A DNA stretch of 64,000 nt from Callorhinchus milii (lineage: Eukaryota). The notes beneath the pieces were generated by a model, which saw only the letters and a list, made by a program, of their open reading frames with translations, ran no database searches and had not been told where the DNA came from. The translations under genes and the position numbers were made by a program. Positions within the stretch are counted from its first letter, which is position 1; each line of letters opens with the position of its first letter. Location of the stretch: assembly GCF_018977255.1 (NCBI RefSeq), contig NW_024704742.1, forward strand, positions 94,490,001-94,554,000. The letters are read 5' to 3'. Positions 34,641 through 47,200 of the stretch are shown piece by piece.

Positions 34641-35589
34641 TACATGACCTTTATGTGGAACTCTGGTCTATCTAAATGGTAGTGGTAATGGATTTCCGCA
34701 TGGGCCAGACACTCAGCAGACAAAAAAAATTTTTTATAGCCTGGTTAGGTCATCTCTAAATTGGCGCAGAATTGGCAGTGATGCTGGTGACACCCAGAGG
34801 TTCAGTTATCTCGCTGTACATTGTATCTCTGCTAACAGACTACTGCATCAAAGATATTTTGTGTCTTTGTGGTTGCTTTTCTTTGTTAAGTGATGTGTGA
34901 TATGTATTGCCACATGTTGTTGTACTTGTGCTTGGCAAATTATATGTAGGATAGTTCAGTCAGTCAGAGCAAAAGATTCTGGGTCAATTCACTCTTTGGA
35001 AATTGATAAAATAAAAAGCGAATGATTTGCAGTATTACAAACAGGATTCAAACCACTAATTTTGTGACTTCTGTTTACGAATATCTGAAAGCTTTCTAAT
35101 TCACGATTCACAAAATTGGTCAATTACAGTATTTATAAATGCCCATGGACTACTTACGTGAACCTTACCAAATGGAGAAGAAAATTGTTTAGTTCATATT
35201 AATGATGGCGCTACTTGGCCCGCAAGGAGCAGAATAAACTCCTCCCTCAGAAGTTTTAGTCAATCAAAATAATTGTGAAGTTGTGAAAATCAGCAGGAAT
35301 GGATCTGGAAATATCTGGAAATAATTAAACTGAACAGAAAATACCACTTTCATATAAAAAAGCAGCCGTTTAAAACATGTTGATATACATAAGATTTCCA
35401 TTTAGTTTGCATTTTAGGCCTGCTTCTCTAAAAGCAATCAAGTTAAAGATTCCTCGAGAGATAAATCGTCCTCTTGTGAAGATGTGAATGTTAATGTGTT
35501 TTGATCAAGATATTAAAATGTGGCATAAATGAATACCTTACTGGGTAACCATTGAATATTTGAATATTTTTGTAAATCTGGAGTATTTG

Positions 35590-36884
35590 TTCTCTCTCTG
35601 TGTGAGGGTTTAGTTCTCTCTCTTTGTGTGAGGGTGTAGTTCTAAGTATGTGTGAGGATGTAGTTCTCAGTATGTGTGAGGGTGTAGTTCTCAGTATGTG
35701 TGAGGATGTAGTTCTCAGTATGTGTGAGGGTGTAGTTCTCAGTATGTGTGAGGGGGTAGTTCTGTCTCTCTCTCAGTGAAGGTGTAGTTCTCTCTCTTTG
35801 TGTGAGGGTGTAGCTCTCTGTATGTGTGAGGGGGTAGTTCTGTCTCTCTCTGTGAAGGTGTAGTTCTCTCTCTGTGTGAGGGTGTAGTTCTCTCTCTCTC
35901 TCAGTGAAGGTGTAGTTCTCTCTCTCTCTCAGTGAAGGTGTAGTCTCTCTCTCTCTGTGAGGGTGTAGTTCTCTCTCAGAGAAAGTGCAGTTCTCTCTGT
36001 GTGTGTGAGGGTGTAGTCTCTGTGTGTGTGTGTGTGTGTGAGGGTGTGTGTAGTCTCGCTCTCTGTGAGGGTGTAGTCGTGTGTGAGGGTGTGTGTAGTC
36101 TCTCTCTGTGTGTAGTCTCTCTCTCTCTGTGTAGTCTCTCTGTGTGTAGTCTCTCTCTCTGTGTGTAGTCTCTCTCTCTGTGTAGTCTCTCTCTCTGTGT
36201 GCAGCCTCTCTCTCTCTCTGTGTAGTCTCTCTCTCTGTGTGTAGTCTCTCTCTCTGTGTGTAGTCTCTCTCTCTGTGTAGTCTCTCTCTCTGTGTGCAGC
36301 CTCTCTCTCTGTGTAGTCTCTCTCTCTCTGTGTAGTCTCTCTCTGTGTAGTCTCTCTCTCTGTGTGCAGCCTCTCTCTCTGTGTAGTCTCTCTGTGTGTA
36401 GTCTCTCTCTGTGTGTAGTCTCTCTCTCTCTGTGTAGTCTCTCTGTGTGTGTAGTCTCTCTCTCTCTGTGTAGTCTCTCTGTGTGTAGTCTCTCTCTCTC
36501 TGTGTAGTCTCTCTCTCTGTGTAGTCTCTCTCTCTGTGTAGCCTCTCTCTCTGTGTAGTCTCTCTGTGTGTAGTCTCTCTCTGTGTAGTCTCTCTCTTCT
36601 CTCTCTCTCTCTCTCTCTGTAGTCTCTCTCTCTCTCTGTGTAGTCTCTCTCTGTGTGTAGTCTCTCTCTGTGTGTAGTCTCTCTCTGTGTAGTCTCTCTC
36701 TGTGTGTAGTCTCTCTCTCTGTGTAGTCTCTCTCTGTGTGTAGCCTCTCTCTGTGTGTAGTCTCTCTCTCTGTGTGTAGTCTTTCTCTCTCTCTGTGTAG
36801 TCTCTCTCTCTCTCTCTGTGTAGTCTCTCTCTGTGTGTAGTCTCTCTGTGTGTAGTCTCTCTCTCTCTCTCTCTCTCTGTGTAG

Positions 36885-36916
<32 letters not shown>

Positions 36917-37945
36917 GTCTCTCTCTGTGTGTAGTCTCTCTGTGTGTAGCCTCTCTCTCTCTCTGTGTGTAGTCTCTCTCTCTGTGTGTAGTCTCTCTCT
37001 CTCTCTGTGTAGTCTCTCTGTGTGTAGCCTCTCTCAGTGAGGGTGTAGTCTCTCTCTGTGTTGTCTCTCTGTGTGTAGTCTCTCTGTGTGTAGCCTCTCT
37101 CAGTGAGGGTGTAGTCTCTCTCTGTGTTGTCTCTCTGTGTGTAGTCTCTCTGTGTGTAGCCTCTCTCAGTGAGGGTGTAGTCTCTCTCTGTGTTGTTCTC
37201 TGTGTGTAGTCTCTCTGTGTGTAGCCTCTCTCAGTGAGGGTGTAGTCTCTCTCTGTGTTGTCTCTCTGTGTGTAGTCTCTCTGTGTGTAGCCTCTCTCAG
37301 TGAGGGTGTAGTCTCTCTCTGTGTTGTCTCTCTGTGTGTAGTCTCTCTGTGTGTAGCCTCTCTCAGTGAGGGTGTAGTCTCTCTCTGTGTTGTCTCTCTG
37401 TGTGTAGTCTCTCTGTGTGTAGCCTCTCTCAGTGAGGGTGTAGTCTCTCTGTGTTGTCTCTCTGTGTGTAGTCTCTCTCTCTGTGTGTAGCCTCTCTCAG
37501 TGAGGGTGTAGTCTCTCTCTGTGTTGTCTCTCTGTGTGTAGTCTCTCTCTGTGTGTAGTCTCTCTCAGTGAGGGTGTAGCCTCTCTCTGTGTAGCCTCTC
37601 TGTGTGTAGCCTCTCTCTCTGTGTGTAGTCTCTCTGTGTTGTCTCTCTGTGTGTAGTCTCTCTCTGTGTGTAGTCTCTCTCAGTGAGGGTGTAGCCTCTC
37701 TGTGTGTAGTCTCTCTCTGTGTGTAGCCTCTCTCTCTGTGTGTAGCCTCTCTCTCTGTGTTGTTCTCTGTGTGTAGTCTCTCTCTGTGTGTAGTCTCTCT
37801 CAGTGAGGGTGTAGCCTCTCTCTGTGTAGCCTCTCTGTGTGTAGCCTCTCTGTGTAGCCTCTCTCTGTGTGTAGTCTCTCTCAGTGAGGGTGTAGCCTCT
37901 CTCTGTGTAGCCTCTCTGTGTGTAGCCTCTCTCTCTGTGTTGCTC
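35590..37945. repeat. Compound CT/GT satellite built on tgtagt(t/c)(ct)n; sub-arrays of 24-bp (35645-35760) and 66-bp (37036-37500) units
   Basis: Read directly; agtgaggg recurs at 37036, 37102, 37168, 37233, 37299, 37365 and 37431. Confidence 0.95.
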
Positions 37946-37950
37946 AGGTG

Positions 37951-38277
37951 ATGGTGGGTTTGGGTGGGGGGCGGAGGGCCGCCCGCTCGGTGCCGGTGCT
38001 GCTGCTGTTGCTGGCGCTCGGGGCCTGTCTGGCCTTCCTGGGGCTCAGCTCCTGGGTGTGGAGGGCGCGGGGAGCCGAGCTGCAGCTGCGGCTGTCGGGG
38101 TTGGAGGCCAAGTCACGGAGGGCCGAGGTCGACAGGAGCGCGGCCGAGCTCCAGAGGCACCAACTCCAGGTCCACCTGCACACCCAGGCCGAGGAGCACC
38201 GCAAGGAGGTGGCCGAGCTGTCCGACCTCCACCACCAGCAGCGCCAGGCAGAGGCCGACATCTGCCGAGATGATAAG
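37951..38277 (+). CDS. GOLM1: GOLM1 first coding exon (cytoplasmic tail, TM, coiled coil), 327 coding nt
   Basis: Acceptor ttgctcag|gtg then ATG 37951; ends DICRDDK|gtaacc. Confidence 0.9.
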
Positions 38278-41200
38278 GTAACCGGGGGGGGGGACATGGG
38301 GGGGAGAGGGGGGAGACATGGGGGGGAGGGGGAGACATGTGGGGGGGGGAGACATGGGGGGGAGGGGGGAGACATGGGGGGGGAGGAGGGAGTGACATGG
38401 GGGGAGGAGGGGGAGGGGGGAGACATGGTGGGGGGGAGACAGGGGGTGGGGAGGGGTGACATGGTGGGGGGAGACGGGGTGGGGAGGGGTGACATGGTGG
38501 GGGGGAGACGGGGTGGGGAGGGGTGACATGGTGGGGGGGAGACGGGGTGGGGAGGGGTGACATGGTGGGGGGGAGACGGGGGTGGGGAGGGGTGACATGG
38601 TGGGGGGAGACAGGGGATGGGGAGGGGTGACATGGTGGGGGGGAGACGGGGTGGGGAGGGGTGACATGGTGGGGGAGACGGGGTGGGGAGGGGTGACATG
38701 GTGGGGGGGAGACGGGGTGGGGAGGGGTGACATGGTGGGGGGAGACGGGGGTGGGGAGGGGTGACATGGTGGGGGGGAGACGGGGTGGGGAGGGGTGACA
38801 TGGTGGGTGTGTTTGCCTGTTGCACACATTCCTTCACATTATTATTATTGTACGGTTTCCTGGTTGTGTCTCAGGGCGGTGCTGCTGCCTCTGTTGCTTC
38901 ACACCTGTTTGCTGTCTTGAGTCTTCACATAAGGAAACAAATAATGTTTAATATCAGGCTGTGTGTGTAGGGGGTGGGTGTATGGGTGGGGGTGTGTGTG
39001 GGGTGGGGGGGTAGGGGGGTGCGTGGGGTGGGTGTATGGGTGGGGGTGGGTGTAGGGGGGTGTGCGTGGGGTGGGTGTATGGGTGGGGGTGGGTGTAGGG
39101 GGGTGTGCGTGGGGTGGGTGTATGGGTGGGGGTGGGGGGGCTTATCGTTTGATTTTAGAGCCTGTCCTTGTGTGAGGCGTCCTACAGCTCAGTGGTTAGA
39201 GCACTCACTTTACAAGCGAGACACCTGGGTTCAATTCCAGGCAGAGGGCGAAACCTTGGGCAAGTTTCCTTACTCCACACACCTAATAATAATCCCTCCA
39301 AAACCAAAAACAATAATAAATTGGTCAATCCATGACTGTTTGTGGGACACTGCTGTGCGCAATTGGCTGCCGCGTTTGCACACAAATATACAGTCAATTC
39401 ACTTTACGGTATATTCTGTGAAGCGCTTTTGGACGTCTAGAAGACGTGAAAAGCACTATATCAAATGCAAGGATTATTATTATATATTATTATTATAACT
39501 CTTCCTGATTTCTTTAACATTAGATTATTAACTTTTTAAAAAAAATTCTTTGAAGCACTGAGTTGTTGGGGACAAAGAGCTGAAGAAATACCAGAATACA
39601 GTTTTTTTTCTGCTGGATATGATTTATTTAGTTGTAAGGTATTGTGTGTTTAACTGCTCGATGCGACTTAATTTGTTGCATAGTATCTGTCGTGTGTTTG
39701 CAACGTTTATCATCACTGATCCATTTATTATCACATCGATTATAAAATCTTGCTTCTCCCCCTGCCTTCAAAAGCCTGTTTTAATTTTTTTTGCTTTGGC
39801 AGTTGTTTTAAATTAGTTAGATATTAGCTTGGCTTACTTTGAGGTGCCAAGATATACAACTTTATGACTCCCGAAGCACGAGTGTTACCTTCTGTATATA
39901 TTTTCTCCTACCTCCTCTATGTTCTCTGTCATATTTTCGTGATGCATGTGAGAAAGGTGTTATAGAAGTTTAATTTATACATCGATTGCTGCTTGTTCCT
40001 GAAAATGATGTTCTCGCTTTACATTTGGAAATGTATATTTTTTAAAATAAACTGTTTGGGATGCCAATGCCTTATCTAGAGTTTCCGTAAAGTATAATGA
40101 TTTTCTAGGTCCAAAGGTCCTGATTCTGGCTTTCAGTTCATGTTCTGGGCTGATGCTTCAGTGCAGCATTAGGAGAGCGCTGAATTATTGGAGATGTCGT
40201 CCTTAGGGTGAGACATCCTGTCTGCCTGAGCAGGTGGAACGTGAATGAACCTATAAGACTGTTTGATACTAACAGTCCGTCTGTCAATTGGTAATTCACA
40301 TGGCTGCAAGGATTAGTAATAATAAAAAAAACTTTCCATTCATATAACACTTTATCACATTTTCGAGACATCTCAAAGGGCTTCACAGAATATATTCTAA
40401 AGTGAATTGACTGTATATTTTGTGGGCAAAATGCAGCAGCACACAGCAGTGTCCCACAAATAATCGTGGATTGAGTGACCATATTATTATTTTATTGAAG
40501 GGATTATTACCCCCAGAAAAGCAATCCACCAATTGACTAACAACCGGGTTCCTATTTACTGCCAGGTAAACAGGCGTGTGGAGTAAGGAAACTTGCCCAA
40601 AGTTTCACCCTGCTGAGAATCAAACCCACGTAGAAGACTGGAGAAATTGCAGAGTAGAGGAAATCAAGTTTTCCAAATTATTAATGGTTTGGATAGAGTG
40701 AATGAAGAGAAACTTTTTCTTTTATTGATGCTACTAACAAGTGGGTATAAATTGAGGATGATCGTCAGGGGAAAGAATAGGGAAAGTCGGGAGAACTTGT
40801 TTTAGGTGTCATCTTACCTTGGGTCAGAAGATTGTGGGTGCTTTACCAATATTATACACTATAATGTTATGATGCAGGACCGGAAAAACAATTGTGCTCT
40901 ATCCAAGCTCTCCGAAGTTAAACAAAAACTCATACTTTGTTTTCTCTCATACTCAGTAATTCAATTCTTTACCAAATTGCTAACTAATTTGCTTTGACTT
41001 AATCTGCCTCCTCCATGGGTGGCCTGTCACATACTCTTCTCTCTGTGCAAGATTAAATCTGAACTGTGCTCACTTTTTTCTCATGACCTGGAATCTGTGT
41101 TTTACCACCATTTGTTGACCATGTGAAACATATCATTCGGGTTGAATTGATCCGTGCTCTTTAGGATTTTAAGTACTTAAATAAGATCTTCTTTTGGCTT

Positions 41201-44200
41201 CTCTTCTTCAGTGTGAATATTCTCAGCTTCTGTAGTCTTTCCTTGTAACTCTGCTGTGAACCTGCTGAATTAATGCAGATAATGCCATGCTATACTGTTG
41301 GCAAATGTGGAAGCCAATTTGTGCACAGCAGTGTGTGTCCCACAAACGTCCATGAAGTGAATGACCAATTTTATCTGGGGGATTGTTGGCCAAGACACTG
41401 GGAGGAAACTACTGTTTCTTTGACTAATGCCATGGGATCCTTAAAGTCCACCTGCTTAGGCAGTCTGGATCTTGGTTTAATGTCTTACCCGAAGGATGGC
41501 ACCCGAAACAACACAGCATGTTTCCTGTACTCCATTGGAGTGTCAGCCTAGACTAAATCACTTCAATGTCTCAATGTGGGGCTTGAGCCCACAAAGTTCA
41601 GACTCAGGCAAGATTAGGACCAACTGAGTCATTCTGGCAGTAAGATGGGCAGTAAAATATTGAGTATTCTTCATAACTTACAATCTATGAATTCAATAGG
41701 CTGGGTGGCATACAGCACCTTGCACAATTACTATGTGGACTATAAAGACAGCCCTTAAGGATTTGCACTTAGAGCGCAGTGAAACCAACCACTAGCAGGG
41801 AAAATATATGGATCTCCTGGAAACGAGTAGTTTTTAAATAGCTGCCTATGTGGGTGAATTTATAATGTTATCTTTGACTATTACATACACCAGCTTTTCT
41901 TGTTAATAATATGGTTAATAATGAGTGATGGGACTTTCTAACTCCTTTCCCATATTTGAGGAATGTGGCTGCTGTAGTTTACCCCGGTAAAACTGTTGCA
42001 TTGCTTTTGAGAGCATTGCCTGGCAAGCGTTCTCGCTGTTTGTCTTGCTAGGAAAATCCTACCTTTGAAGGCTTTGGCTTGCAGGGTAACAGGAACCGAG
42101 TGGGAAGAATCCTTATCCCAGTGACTGCCTCTAAGAGGATTGACTTGATTCCAATATTCTGTTACTAAGCACATTACCTCGTAGCTATCTTAGCTCAAAG
42201 GAGACCCTGCTTACCAACCCCACCCTAATGCTGAGAGACCTGTAGCTCTACTCTTCCAGCATTGGAACTATTGAAAGGCCCATGTATAGAACATAAAACT
42301 GTCCTTTGAAGAGTCGTCTCTTTTGAGACATCCTGTTTCCTTGTTTTGGGTGGAACCAGTGTGTTTATGTCATAATGAACATGGTTATGGACTTTAGCAG
42401 ATTTAGTGGCTTTGCAACTGATTCAACAGTACCAATAGCAATTATCGCCTGCTGCCTCAATCTCACCTTTAATTGGGTCCAAAGTACACAATGGTGCAAA
42501 TCAATAAAATCTAAATTTGTTTTAACCAAGAAATGTAGGTTTCATCCTAAATCCCTGCACTGCCCATCTAAAACATTGTATGAATCCTCCCTTTTGTCTT
42601 AAAAAAGTGTTTTCAGTACTATGTCATAGTCAGTTGCATTTCTACAGTCCTTCTTTCAGTCATGTTTGCCCCCATTGGAGTAAGTTGTGCATGTTTGCAC
42701 AATGTGAATACAATGGTACAGTCTAGTCTAGTCGCCAAGACTTATTTGCCTGTGGATCGGCATCTTTTGTTTACAGACCAGAATTACTGCTTTGAAAAAT
42801 TAGTAAATTATAGTTTACTAGGCAATCACCAATGAATGAGGTTGCTAAATCCTGGTATTTAATATCGTGGTCCGTAGATTGTTCAGCCATCTAGGCACAA
42901 GTAGATGTTACTGCCTGTGTCATTCGATGCTCACTTTGCAGAAACTCCAGCTGTGCAGTTAGAGTTTGCCTTTGCCTCCCTGCTTCAGGTTACAGATTAG
43001 TGAGTGATTATTTATGATGACCAGGTGTCTTGTCAGATTTCAAAAAGGAACACAATTATTCCCATAGTAAAATCATCACTCATCCTTATTTATATTTTCT
43101 GGTCCATCATTGTTTATTATTATTATGCTTATAAGGATTGACTTCATGTACTTTAAAATACACGATTCTTTGTACTTGGCTCCAAATAGCCTAGCAAACC
43201 AAAGCCCCAATAGGTAGGGTCGTTCTAGCTTGATAAGCAGCAGCATGCTTTCTAGTGCTCTGCAATGACAAACTGTTTAAAGTCTCTGCAATGTTTTTAG
43301 CTGCTTAAAATCAGGTAGTACCTACCCTCAGTGATTACAGTGGTGTCCCCACTTCTGATTCTTGCCAACTTGCACCTGCATTCTTTAGAATTAGGTAAGC
43401 ACAGTGTATCCCTCTGGGGAAAGACTGCACACTTCATAATCGGACAGATGAAAGCATGCATAAGTGGAACTGATTTGGAGACTTTAAGCATAGTGATAGG
43501 TGCCCACCTGTGTCAGATAAGTCAGTTGATCAAAAAAATGCATGAATGTCGGAGTATGCCAAATAATTTTACTGTGCTCTATTGAACTATAGCAAAGAAA
43601 TACAGTATGTTCCCTTTGCCCTGACTGAGATTACTAATGCAAGTGCTCAGTAAACATAGAAACCTTATTATTAAGCATAAACATTTTTTTCAGGACAGAA
43701 GCAGGCCATTATGTCTGTGTCAATGTTGCTTGCAATACCATGTGCACAGACATGTAACTTCTTAGCTTTGGACGTGTGGGAAGAAGGGAAATAATAACTC
43801 TGTTAAACATTACTTATTTTGATGCAAACATTTTAAAAGATTTGGAAAAACTTTAGCTATACCTTGGGAAGAATTAATTTTTTTCTTGGAAGATTTGATG
43901 CTCTAGGAGAGATTCTTTTACTTTGGATGTCTCTTCAGTTAAAAGCAAAGGTGCTTTTCTGTACACCCAGCTTCCCATTTTGTTAACATTTTCATTCAGA
44001 GATGCACAACTTGCCTTTGGCAACATCAACCACTAATGGGTTTTCAAATTATAGTTGTACATCACCAAAGGCGGAATTTTATGCTGCTGTTAGTTTGATT
44101 TGTGAAGCTTTAGTGAGAGAGCTTTAGTTTCTGTGTTATCTAATTTGTACTGAATAAAAGCAAATGCAATCGGCTCTATTTTACACAGAAGATGTCTGTG

Positions 44201-47200
44201 TACAACTTGTGATTTAGGCTGGAGTGCAGCCTGCTGGTATGAATGTAAGCTTTGGTAATGAATGTTGACAGACTGTTTGAGGATATTGCTGCCAAACATG
44301 ATCCAGTCCTTGACTGCTTCATGCATACTTCCTTACAAGGGTCGATGGATAGTTAGTTATAAGGAGTAGAAACCTTGTCTGTCTTTGCTGATTCCCAGTT
44401 GGGAACACTGAAGCCTCACACTGAATTTGCTACTGCTTTGGTTGAGATATCTAACTTCAGCCCAGAAACTGGAAAACGTTTTGATATTGTGCAAAATGTG
44501 GATTTTATTAACTTTAAAAAGGTGGGGGGGAGGGTTCAGTGACCTCACTGGAATTCGAAACTAGGTCTTGTAGATTCAAGAATGAAAATGAAACAATTTC
44601 GAAGAATTTACATCAAAGAAGTGAAGTAGGAAGCAACAACAACAAATTACATTTATAGAGTCCCTTTCATGTTGGGAGGACGTCCCAAAACGCCGAATAG
44701 TCAGGTGTCGGGGTTCGAGCATGGGGAGGGGTGGTGGAGGAGTGAGGGAAGGCAGAGAGGTGGGAGGGCGACCAAAGGCACGATCGAAGAGAAGAGTCTT
44801 GAGACCGCCCTTGAAGGAGGTAAGGGAGGAAGCGAGGCGAAGGGACCGTGGGATGGAGTTCCAGAGTGTGGGGGCAGAGAGACTGAAAGCCCGGCCACTG
44901 ATGGTAGGGCGGGTCGGGCGGGGGACATGGAGCAGACCGGAGCCCGCTGAACGGAGAGAGCGGGCAGGTTGGTAGGGAATCAGCAAGTCAAAGAGGTAGA
45001 AGGGTGCAAGGCCATGGATGGCCTTGAAAGTGAGGACGAGGATCTTGAACTTGATCCTCTGGGGGAAGGGAAGCCAATGGAGTCGGACGAGCAAAGATGG
45101 AAACTACAGAAAAATAATGACAGACATGCCTTGCATTTGATAAAGTACATTATACAGGCATCTCAAAGCCTTGCTCAAATTAGCTACTGTGATGTGACTA
45201 GCTGTAAGCGAATCTGGTGCCAGAAATTTTATCTGGAGAATTGTTGGACCAGACACCAGTGGAAACTCCTTTCTCACTACTGTTAGTCTGTTATAAGTGG
45301 AGTGTAATGGGAGAAGGTTCAGTGATTTTCAAAGAAGGCTCAGATTAGTGCAATGAAATTAAATGGTTGGTGCTCGATTGCAGAGAAGATACAGTGAGTG
45401 ACATTCTGTTCGTGGCTAAGAGTTCAGAATAAAGCTGGCCAGTACCCAGCTGTAGAAAATGCCAATCCTTCAGTAATGGAGGAACACGCTCATTCACCTG
45501 ATCTGAGTAAAAAGCTATGACTTTTGGTTCAGTAAGTATTTCATTACAGTACTGTAAATCATTTGAGAACTTTTTTTCCCAGTAGTTCTTGAGATGTTGC
45601 ACAGGTCTGTAATTTTGTGGTATTTATCTACACTGAGTAGCAAATGAGAACATTGCCTCTCTGTTTTTTGGGAGCAAGTTACCTCTTGACCACAGAAATT
45701 GTGAGGCTAATGGAAGGAGAGTGAGAAGAAAGAACAGTAAGGATTTATAACAAGATTTAAAAAAAGAAAATGGATTTATAGATATGCTATGTGAGCAGTA
45801 ATTTGGGGTGTAGCACTGAATAAGTGACTCATTCAATGTGAACTGAATTGTGAGAATATTCTGAAAGAGAATTACAATGTTCAGGGTGGCTATCTCCCCA
45901 TCAGTGGGGATTCTGAGAATTCCTCTTAAAAGGAAAATTGATTCCTTATTGATGCATGCAGTTAGAGTTGGGTAGACAGTGGAGTTATTGTTGGGTACAT
46001 CGGTGCCAAATTATCTCCATATTCCATATGTATTTGGGGGGGTGGTTGTGGATTGCTCACTTATAAGTTGAAACTGGATATTCTTGCAAATGGGGATTCC
46101 ATCTAGTATTGAGTGTGTTTCAGGTTTAGATGCTGAAGATTGGCTTTGGCTGGTAACCTAAAGGGGTATGAAGGCTAAGCTAAGAGGCATAGCCTGGGAG
46201 GCAAACTCAAGGGCAAATCAGTTGAGAACAAATGGCCATCCTTAAAAACAAATATGCACTGTACACGGGACAAGGGCAAAATAAATTTAAAAAAAGCAAA
46301 ATGGATCAATAGGAAAGATAAAAGGGTTGATTTATAAAGCTTGTAGGGGAAAGGAGAGGATGACCATTGGGCTGAATACAAGAATGTAGAAAAAGAGATT
46401 AGGGGAACTAAGAGAGAATGGGAAAGGGACATTGGAGCAAATGTAAGATATAACTTGCTTCCTGGAGGGTTTTTTTAAACCAGGGAGAACACTGCCAGCA
46501 AATATTGTTTAAGCTCCAGAACTTTAACGTAAGTGAAGTTGAGATTCTGGTTAGGCTCACAAGATTGAGGGAGGCAAGTAAACAAAGACAATTTGGGGGA
46601 GGCGTTGAGCCCACAACCTTCCGACCAAGAGGGGAGAGTGCTGTGAACTGAACCAGGCTGATACCTGCAGCGGACAGTTTGGTACCTGTATCATGGGATA
46701 CTGGAATTCCAGCTCTAAAAATCTTTTGCTGAAATAACCTGTCACTATGCGTTTAAATTTAGAGTTTGTAACTTTGCTTCCTGAGAGACTTATAAAACCC
46801 AAACCAGTTTAACACTGTCCTGTGCAATTACAGGACACAGCATTTTATTTATATTAAAAGCTAGTGTTGGCTAGATGTATTCAATGTTTACAGTCCTGCC
46901 CAGTCATTGTAGCTTGGATTTCTCACTGCATGTTAATATTATTTTAGGACAATTTTGCCACATCAAGCACATTTGCACTAACTGTCTTGTATACCTACTT
47001 CAATGGGCAAGGTATTTTAAAGCAAATACAACGGGACGTAGCATGTATCAGAACCAAGAGTCTTACTTTTCTTCCCTTGTCCCACACTTCTTATAATGAG
47101 CAAATTATTTTGCACTTCTGGCCTGTGTGTTCATAAACTTCCGGTATAGTTGTACCTCACACATGAATTCAATCCGTTACATGCCTTGCTCCAGAAGACT

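Noticed and set aside
37036..37500. Regularly spaced 66-bp units resembling a CRISPR array
   Set aside because: The sequences between repeats are identical low-complexity DNA, not unique spacers; the context is eukaryotic and there are no cas genes.
36256..38837. Long Pro/His-rich and Cys/Ser/Leu-rich ORFs (e.g. 37944-38837, 38045-38827, 36256-36507)
   Set aside because: They are translations of the satellite and minisatellite, or antisense to the GOLM1 exon.
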